Shown here: positions 9,765 to 19,400 of the stretch, piece after piece | Position numbering within the stretch: position 1 is the stretch's first letter | Layout: every line of letters begins with the position of its first letter | Source of the DNA: Nemertoderma westbladi | Taxonomy: Eukaryota; Animalia; Xenacoelomorpha | Reading direction: 5' to 3' | NCBI GenBank assembly: GCA_032718475.1 | Contig: JAUCBJ010009144.1 | Span: 62,001-126,000, forward strand | Length of the DNA stretch: 64,000 bases | Made by a program: the position numbers and the translations under genes | Notes under the pieces: generated by a model | What the model was told of the DNA's origin: nothing | Seen by the model: the letters and a program-made list of their open reading frames with translations, nothing else | Database searches by the model: none

Positions 9765-9862
9765 AAAAAATAATTCGCACTTACTAGGATTCGAACTCAA
9801 TACCTACTACAGCTGGTATTGTTATATAATTTCCAACGCTCTACCGACTGAGCTACTGAACC
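9765..9862 (-). pseudogene. tRNA-derived Pol III unit (SINE head or tRNA pseudogene)
   Basis: Minus strand GGTTCAG-TAGCTCAGTCGGTAGAGC (A box/D arm)...GAGTTCGAATCC (B box)...TTTTTT. The acceptor and anticodon stems do not pair, so this is not a functional tRNA. Confidence 0.75.
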
Positions 9863-9997
9863 ACTTGACCGATGGGTGTACAAATGATAGAACCAATACG
9901 AATGAGAACTCAAAGCAATCTTTACAAAGTTAATTAGAACAAAAATAAAATTTTGAAAATCCACGGCATTTAGGGAATATAATTCTATATTGGTCTC

Positions 9998-10143
9998 AAT
10001 GCTCTTTGCAGCAGCCTTCTCTTCTGCAAAGGAGATATCGCCAATGGGAATATCTGGGAGTACAGACTCAGACACTTTTACTTCTATAAAGTTATCAGGC
10101 AATACCCTGTCATTATTGAGGAGCTTTTCAAAGTGTTTTTCAA
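9998..10143 (-). pseudogene. Short non-LTR retrotransposon (LINE) ORF2 fragment, pre-RT region
   Basis: EKHFEKLLNND...LPDIPIGDISFAEEKAAAKS resembles the HFxxLLN...I-x-x-x-E-V-x-x-A-x-K-x-L-K segment upstream of RT domain 0/1 in RTE/CR1-like LINEs. Confidence 0.5.
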
Positions 10144-10351
10144 AAAATAAGAATAGTAGGGACTTTGGTACAAATGCAACTTCGATGCGCAACGCACTGT
10201 ACAAGGACGGCTACGACCCAAAGAGCAAATGCCAGCTACATACAAATGCGCTTCATCAAACCATGAACTGCAGGTACTGGCAAGCGCTACCCAGGGAAGA
10301 TCAGGTAGAATACGCGGTGAGAAATGAGATCTGCTCGCGATGTGTGATGAG
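10143..10351 (+). pseudogene. Fragment of a second BEL/Pao gag (zinc-knuckle region), truncated by the satellite array
   Basis: CQLHTNALHQTMNCRYWQALPREDQVEYAVRNEICSRC has the BEL first-knuckle/second-knuckle spacing (compare HKLRGCRQFRELNSEERRLQIRPLDSCWRC in the large ORF). It is more GC-rich than its flanks. Confidence 0.65.
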
Positions 10352-12221
10352 TGAATGAATGAATTTTGATTGGGTCAGAACACCCCCTATCTGTGGTTGT
10401 ATGCGTGGAGAGATAAGTAGCCTATCTCCCTATTAATATTGCTGTGTTCTAGAATATTTATTATTGTTTCATCGTATTGCTAAAGTGGCTGGAGCTAAAA
10501 TTATTATTTAATGCAAATATCTCAGCTATTTCATGAAAATAATGAAGTACAGTATTAAAGCCATGTCAAAATCCTTGGTGTTTTTCTGCAATAATTTATC
10601 AAAATATCCTCTGTTTTTTTATAAAAACCATATCGATTTTCATATTTATAACTTCTAACCCACTCCAAGAGATAGAGAATCTTAAATGAACGTCAAAAGA
10701 ACAGGTAACACTTACATTTATAGAAGTAATCAGCTGTTATTTGCTACGTCTTTCCGCTGGAGATGGATGAATTTTGATTGTGTCAAAAACCCCCTATCTG
10801 TGGCTTTCTGAGTGGAGAGATAAGTAGCCTATCTCCCAGTTAATATTGTTGTGTTCTAGAATATTTATTATAGTTTCATCGTATTGCCAAAGTGACTGGA
10901 GCTGAAGTTAACTCATAATACAATAATTCACCTCAAATATCTCAGCTATTTCATGAACATAATGAAGTATTAAAGCCATGTCAAAATCCTTGGTGTTTTT
11001 CTGCAATAATTTATCAAAATATCCTCTGATTTTTTTCAAAAACCATATCGATTTTCATATTTATAACTTCTATCCCACTCCACGAGATAGAGAATCTTAA
11101 ATGAAAGTCAAAAGAACAGGTAACACTTACATTTATAGCAGTAATCAGCTGTTATATGCTACGTATTTCCGCTGGAGATGAATGAATTTAGATTGTGTCA
11201 GAACACCCCCTATCTGTGGTTGTATGAGTGGAGAGATAAGTATCCTATCTCCCTATTAATATTGTTGTGTTCTAGAATATTTCTTATAGTTTCATCGTAT
11301 TACCAAAGTGACTGGAGCTGAAGTTAACTCATAATACAATAATTCACCTCAAATATCTCAGCTATTTCATGAACATAATGAAGTGTTAAAGCCATGTCAA
11401 AATCATTGGTGTTTTTCTGCAATAATTTATCAAAATATCCTCTGATTTTTTTCAAAAACCATATCGATTTTCATATTTATAACTTCTATCCCACTCCACG
11501 AGATAGAGAATCTTAAATGAACGTCAAAAGAACAGGTAACACTTACATTTCTAGAAGTAATCAGCTATTATTTGCTACGTCTTTCCGCTGGAGATGGATG
11601 AATTTTGATTGTGTCAGAACACCCCCTATCTGTGGTTGTATGAGTGGAAAGATAAGTAGCCTATCTCCCTATTAATATTGTTGTGTTCTAGAATATTTAT
11701 TATAGTTTCATCGTATTGCTAAAGTGGCTGGAGCTAAAGTTATTATGTAATGCAATAATTCACCTTAAATATCTCAGCTATTTCATGAACATAATGAAGT
11801 ATTAAAGCCATGTCAAAATCATTGGTGTTTTTCTGCAATAATTTATCAAAATATCCTCTGATTTTTTTCAAAAACCATATCGATTTTCATATTTATAACT
11901 TCTATCCCACTCCACGAGATAGAGAATCTTAAATGAACGTCAAAAGAACAGGTAACACTTACATTTATAGAAGTAATCAGCTGTTATTTGCTACGTCTTT
12001 CCGCTGGAGATGGATGAATTTTGATTGTGTCAGAACACCCCCTATCTGTGGCTTTCTGAGTGGAGAGATAAGTAGCCTATCTCCCTATTAATATTGTTGT
12101 GTTCTACAATATTTTTTATAATTTCATCGTATTGCCAAAGTGACTGGAGCTGAAGTTAACTCATAATACAATAATTCACCTCAAATATCTCAGCTATTTC
12201 ATGAACATAATGAAGTATTAA

Positions 12222-13481
12222 CCCTATTAGCACTGGGGGGGGGGGGGGGGGCGAATCGGCCCAATCCTAGTTTTTAGTTGCTGTAACTATGCAACCACAT
12301 TACGTACCGGCCCAATTTTTTGTGAGAATTAGCCAAATTTAATGCCGCATCTTTTGCAAAAAACGCCGTTGCAATTGGATTTCTACTTTTCGATGTGGGT
12401 GCCACCTCAAAATTTGGTCTCCAGCACCAAATTTTTTGAAATTTTCGAATTTTACAAAGTCATTCGTGATTTAGTAATTATTTATGTTTGGGCTATTTTT
12501 ATTTATTTTTATTGGTTTGGATCACTCTAATGTTCTATACAAGTATGTAAGTGTAGTGGTTCGCCATTTTTGGTGCACCAAAATTAGGGCGTGGCACTTC
12601 AAATTTTGAAAAATACGAGATTCGGAAAATTCACTAAAGTTTTGATTTCAAATTAATTTTATAGGTTTTCTGGAGCGCTGAATCGATTGAAAGTAATATA
12701 GAAGCCTCAAATCCTTTGTGTACGTAATTTTCGGTGCACCAAAATTAGGGCGTGGCACTTCAAATTTTCAAAATTACTTTATTCGGAAAAAACACTAAAG
12801 TTTTGATTTCAAAAAATGGCTAACTTCTAAGTCTTCAGGCTTCTATATTACTTTCAATCGATTCAGCGGTCTGGAAAACCTATATAAATTCGTTAAAATT
12901 TCAATTTTGGTTTATTTTCCGAATCTCGTATTTTTCAAAATTTGAAGTGCCACGCCCTAATTTTGGTGCACCAAAAATGGCGAACCACTCAGTCTTCAGG
13001 CTTCTATATTACTTTCAATCGATTCAGCGGCCCAGAAAACCCATAAAGATGCGTTGAAATAAAAAAATTAGGGGCATTTTCTGAATATCTAATTTTTCAA
13101 AATTTGAAGTGCCACGCTCACTTCTTAGGTGCACGAAAAATAGCATCCACTTCAATTTTTGGAAGTGGAATATAATCACATTCGATTCAGCGTCTTGAAA
13201 AACCTACTAAATCTAGCCAACACTGCCACACTATTAGTTTTTAGAAAACGAAAAATTTTGTAATTTTGTCCTGGGACTACTTTTATTTTTCATCAAAATT
13301 ATGAGACCCTGCTTATGAAATTTTAATTTTTTAAGGTTTGGTAGTGTTCATCTATAGTTGTTTCACCAACAGCCCAAATTTTGTAGGATTTCATTGGACG
13401 ACTACAAAAATATAGTGGGTGGGCCGAATCGGCCCCCCCCCCAGTGGTGCTAATGGTCAAAACACCCCAGTGGTAATAGGG
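12222..13481. mobile_element. Non-autonomous piggyBac-type element, family A, 1260 bp
   Basis: TTAA TSD at 12218-21 and 13482-85. Termini CCCTATTAGCACTGGGG...CCCCAGTGGTAATAGGG. Subterminal GG(C/G)CGAATCGGCCC palindrome at both ends. The satellite resumes in register. No transposase. Confidence 0.93.
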
Positions 13482-16400
13482 TTAAAGCCATGTCAAAATC
13501 CTTGGTATTTTTCTGCAATAATTTATCAAAATATCCTCTGATTCTTTACTATAACCATATCGATTTTAATATTTATAACTTCTAACCCACTCCACGAGAT
13601 AGAGAATCTTAAATGAAAGTCAAAAGAACAGGTAACACTTACATTTATAGCAGTAATCAGCTGTTATATGCTACGTCTTTCCGCTGGAGATGGATGAATT
13701 TTGATTGTGTCAGAACACTATTGTGTCTATCTGTGGCTGTCTGAGTGGAGAGATAAGAATCCTGTTTCCGTATTAATATTATTTATTATAGTTTCATCGT
13801 ATTGCTAAAGTGGCTGGAGCTAAAGTTATTATGTAATGCAATAATTCACCTCCAATATCTCAGCTATTTCATGAACATAATGAAGTATTAAAGCCATGTC
13901 AAAATCCTTGGTGTTTTTCTGCAATAATTTATCAAAATATCCTCTAATTTTTTACAAAAACCATATCGATTTTCATATTTATAACTTCTATCCCACTCCA
14001 TGAGATAGATAATCTTAAATGAAAGTCAAAAGAACAGGTAACACTTACATTTATAGAAGTAATCAGCTGTTATTTGCTACGTCTTTCTGCTGGAGATAAA
14101 TGAATTTTGATTGCATTGGAACACCCCCTATCTGTGGCTTTCTGAGTGGAGAGATAAGTATCCTATCTCCCTATTAATATTGTTGTGTTCTACAGTTGAA
14201 TTATTATAGTTTCATCGTATTGCCAAAGTGACTGGAGCTGAAGTTAACTCATAATACAATAATTCACCTCAAATTTCTCAGCAAGTTCATGAACATAATG
14301 AAGTATTAATGCCATGTCAAAATCCTTGGTGTTTTTCTGCAATAATTTATCAAAATATCCTCTGATTTTCTACAAAAACCATATCGATTTTCATATTTAT
14401 AACTTCTATCCCACTCCACGAGATAGAGAATCTTAAATGAACGTCAAAAGAACAGGTAACACTTCCATTTATAGCAGTAATCAGCTGTTATTTGCTACGT
14501 CTTTCCGCTGGAGATGAATGAATTTAGATTGTGTCAGAACACCCCCTATCTGTGGTTGTATGAGTGGAGAGATAAGTATCCTGTTTCCGTATTAATATTG
14601 TTGTGTTCTAGAATATTTATTATAGTTTCATCGTATTGCTAAAGTGGCTGGAGCTAAAGTTATTATGTAATGCAATAATTCACCTCAAATATCTCAGCTA
14701 TTTCATGAACATAATGAAGTATTAAAGCCATGTCAAAATCATTGGTGTTTTTCTGCAATAATTTATCAAAATATCCTCTGATTTTTTACAAAAACCATAT
14801 CGATTTTCATATTTATAACTTCTATTCCACTCCACGAGATAGAGAATCTTAAATGAACGTCAAAAGAACAGGTAACACTTACATTTATAGCAGTAATCAG
14901 CTGTTATTTGCTACGTCTTTCCGCTGGAGATGAATGAATTTTGATTGTGTCAGAACACCCCCTATCTGTGGCTTTCTGAGTGGAGAGATAAGTAGCCTAT
15001 CTCCCTATTAATATTGTTGTGTTCTACAATATTTTTTATAATTTCATCGTATTGCCAAAGTGACTGGAGCTGAAGTTAACTCATAATACAATAATTCACC
15101 TCAAATTTCTCAGCAAGTTCATGAACATAATGAAGTATTAAAGCCATGTCAAAATCCTTGGTGTTTTTCTGCAATAATTTATCAAAATTTCCTCTGATTT
15201 TCTACAAAAACCATATCGATTTTCATATTTATAACTTCTATCCCACTCCACGAGATAGAGAATCTTAAATGAACGTCAAAAGAACAGGTAACACTTACAT
15301 TTATAGCAGTAATCAGCTGTTATTTGCTACGTCTTTCCGCTGGAGATGAATGAATTTTGATTGTGTCAGAACACCCCCTATCTGTGGCTTTCTGAGTGGA
15401 GAGATAAGTAGCCTATCTCCCTATTAATATTGTTGTGTTCTACAATATTTTTTATAATTTCATCGTATTGCCAAAGTGACTGGAGCTGAAGTAAACTCAT
15501 AATACAATAATTCACCTCAAATATCTCAGCTATTTCATGAACATAATGAAGTATTAAAGCCATGTCAAAATCCATGGTGTTTTTCTGCAATAATTTATCA
15601 AAATATCCTCTGATTTTTTTCAAAAACCATATCGATTTTCATATTTATAACTTCTATCCCACTCCACGAGATAGAGAATCTTAAATGAACGTCAAAAGAA
15701 CAGGTAACACTTACATTTATAGAAGTAATCAGCTATTATTTGCTATTATTTTCTTTCCGCTGGAGATGGATGAATTTTGATTGTGTCAGAACATCCCCTA
15801 TCTGTGGTTGTATGAGTGGAAAGATAAGTAGCCTATATCCCTATTAATATTGTTGTGTCCTAGAATATTTATTATTGTTTCATCGTATTGCTAAAGTGGC
15901 TGGAGCTAAAGTTATTATGTAATGCAAAAATTCACCTCAAATATCTCAGCTATTTCATGAACATAATGAAGTATTAAAGCCATGTCAAAATCCTTGGTGT
16001 TTTTCTGCAATAATTTATCAAAATATCCTCTAATTTTTTACAAAAACCATATCGATTTTCATATTTATAACTTCTATCCCACTCCATGAGATAGATAATC
16101 TTAAATGAAAGTCAAAAGAACAGGTAACACTTACATTTATAGAAGTAATCAGCTGTTATTTGCTACGTCTTTCTGCTGGAGATAAATGAATTTTGATTGC
16201 ATTGGAACACCCCCTATCTGTGGCTTTCTGAGTGGAGAGATAAGTATCCTATCTCCCTATTAATATTGTTGTGTTCTACAGTTGAATATTTATTATAGTT
16301 TCATCGTATTGCCAAAGTGACTGGAGCTGAAGTTAACTCATAATACAATAATTCACCTCAAATTTCTCAGCAAGTTCATGAACATAATGAAGTATTAAAG

Positions 16401-19400
16401 CCATGTCAAAATCCTTGGTGTTTTTCTGCAATAATTTATCAAAATATCCTCTGATTTTCTACAAAAACCATATCGATTTTCATATTTATAACTTCTATCC
16501 CACTCCACGAGATAGAGAATCTTAAATGAACGTCAAAAGAACAGGTAACACTTACATTTATAGCAGTAATCAGCTGTTATTTGCTACGTCTTTCCGCTGG
16601 AGATGAATGAATTTTGATTGTGTCAGAACACCCCCTATCTGTGGCTTTCTGAGTGGAGAGATAAGTAGCCTATCTCCCTATTAATATTGTTGTGTTCTAC
16701 AATATTTTTTATAATTTCATCGTATTGCCAAAGTGACTGGAGCTGAAGTTAACTCATAATACAATAATTCACCTCAAATATCTCAGCTATTTCATGAACA
16801 TAATGAAGTATTAAAGCCATGTCAAAATCCTTGGTGTTTTTCTGCAATAATTTATCAAAATATCCTCTGATTTTTTTCAAAAACCATATCGATTTTCATA
16901 TTTATAACTTCTATCCCACTCCACGAGATAGAGAATCTTAAATGAACGTCAAAAGAACAGGTAACACTTACATTTATAGAAGTAATCAGCTATTATTTGC
17001 TACGTCTTTCCGCTGGAGATGGATGAATTTTGATTGTGTCAGATCATCCCCTATCTGTGGTTGTATGAGTGGAGAGATAAGTAGCCTATCTCCCTATTAA
17101 TATTGTTGTGTCCTAGAATATTTATTATTGTTTCATCGTATTGCTAAAGTGGCTGGAGCTAAAGTTATTATGTAATGCAATAATTCACCTCAAATATCTC
17201 AGCTATTTCATGAACATAATGAAGTATTAAAGCCATGTCAAAATCATTGGTGTTTTTCTGCAATAATTTATCAAAATTTCCTCTGATTTTTTTCAAAAAC
17301 CATATCGATTTTCATATTTATAACTTCTATCCCACTCCACGAGATAGAGAATCTTAAATGAACATCAAAAGAACAGGTAACACTTACATTTATAGAAGTA
17401 ATCAGCTATTATTTGCTACGTCTTTCCGCTGGAGATGGATGAATTTTGATTGTGTCAGAACACCCCCTATCTGTGGTTGTATGAGTGGAAAGATAAGTAG
17501 CCTATATCCCTATTAATATTGTTGTGTCCTAGAATATTTATTATTGTTTCATCGTATTGCTAAAGTGGCTGGAGCTAAAGTTATTATGTAATGCAAAAAT
17601 TCACCTCAAATATCTCAGCTATTTCATGAACATAATGAAGTATTAAAGCCATGTCAAAATCCTTGGTGTTTTTCTGCAATAATTTATCAAAATATCCTCT
17701 AATTTTTTACAAAAACCATATCGATTTTCATATTTATAACTTCTATCCCACTCCATGAGATAGATAATCTTAAATGAAAGTCAAAAGAACAGGTAACACT
17801 TACATTTATAGAAGTAATCAGCTGTTATTTGCTATGTCTTTCTGCTGGAGATAAATGAATTTTGATTGCATTGGAACACCCCCTATCTGTGGCTTTCTGA
17901 GTGGAGAGATAAGTATCCTATCTCCCTATTAATATTGTTGTGTTCTACAGTTGAATATTTATTATAGTTTCATCGTATTGCCAAAGTGACTGGAGCTGAA
18001 GTTAACTCATAATACAATAATTCACCTGAAATTTTTCAGCAAGTTCATGAACATAATGAAGTATTAAAGCCATGTCAAAATCCTTGGTGTTTTTCTGCAA
18101 TAATTTATCAAAATATCCTCTGATTTTCTACAAAAACCATATCGATTTTCATATTTATAACTTCTATCCCACTCCACGAGATAGAGAATCTTAAATGAAC
18201 GTCAAAAGAACAGGTAACACTTACATTTATAGCAGTAATCAGCTGTTATTTGCTACGTCTTTCCGCTGGAGATGAATGAATTTAGATTGTGTCAGAACAC
18301 CCCCTATCTGTGGTTGTATGAGTGGAGAGATAAGTATCCTGTTTCCGTATTAATATTGTTGTGTTCTAGAATATTTATTATAGTTTCATCGTATTGCTAA
18401 AGTGGCTGGAGCTAAAGTTATTATGTAATGCAATAATTCACCTCAAATATCTCAGCTATTTCATGAACATAATGAAGTATTAAAGCCATTTCAAAATCAT
18501 TGGTGTTTTTCTGCAATAATTTATCAAAATATCCTCTGATTTTTTACAAAAACCATATCGATTTTCATATTTATAACTTCTATTCCACTCCACGAGATAG
18601 AGAATCTTAAATGAACGTCAAAAGAACAGGTAACACTTACATTTATAGCAGTAATCAGCTGTTATTTGCTACGTCTTTCCGCTGGAGATGAATGAATTTT
18701 GATTGTGTCAGAACACCCCCTATCTGTGGCTTTCTGAGTGGAGAGATAAGTAGCCTATCTCCCTATTAATATTGTTGTGTTCTACAATATTTTTTATAAT
18801 TTCATCGTATTGCCAAAGTGACTGGAGCTGAAGTTAACTCATAATACAATAATTCACCTCAAATATCTCAGCTATTTCATGAACATAATGAAGTATTAAA
18901 GCCATGTCAAAATCCTTGGTGTTTTTCTGCAATAATTTATCAAAATATCCTCTGATTTTTTTCAAAAACCATATCGATTTTCATATTTATAACTTCTATC
19001 CCACTCCACGAGATAGAGAATCTTAAATGAACGTCAAAAGAACAGGTAACACTTACATTTATAGAAGTAATCAGCTATTATTTGCTACGTCTTTCCGCTG
19101 GAGATGGATGAATTTTGATTGTGTCAGATCATCCCCTATCTGTGGTTTTATGAGTGGAGAGATAAGTAGCCTATCTCCCTATTAATATTGTTGTGTCCTA
19201 GAATATTTATTATTGTTTCATCGTATTGCTAAAGTGGCTGGAGCTAAAGTTATTATGTAATGCAATAATTCACCTCAAATATCTCAGCTATTTCATGAAC
19301 ATAATGAAGTATTAAAGCCATGTCAAAATCATTGGTGTTTTTCTGCAATAATTTATCAAAATTTCCTCTGATTTTTTTCAAAAACCATATCGATTTTCAT

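Noticed and set aside
9776-9862. Functional tRNA gene
   Set aside because: The D arm and T loop are present, but the acceptor, anticodon and T stems do not pair properly.
11000-11135. Tandem exon-intron gene (minus-strand GTAAGT donor, 130-bp intron, TTGCAG acceptor in each monomer)
   Set aside because: The implied 286-nt exon is not a multiple of 3 and has stops in all three frames.
11230-11280. Helitron 3' end (hairpin followed by CTAG) as the monomer boundary
   Set aside because: The hairpin-CTAG spacing (~18 nt) is long, CTAG is followed by A rather than T/TC, and CTAG is mutated in many monomers.
10352-12200. Hammerhead ribozyme / retrozyme in the monomer
   Set aside because: No CUGANGA core found on either strand of the consensus (nearest are CTGATTT, CTGAGTG, CTGAAGT, CTGAGAT and CTGATTA).
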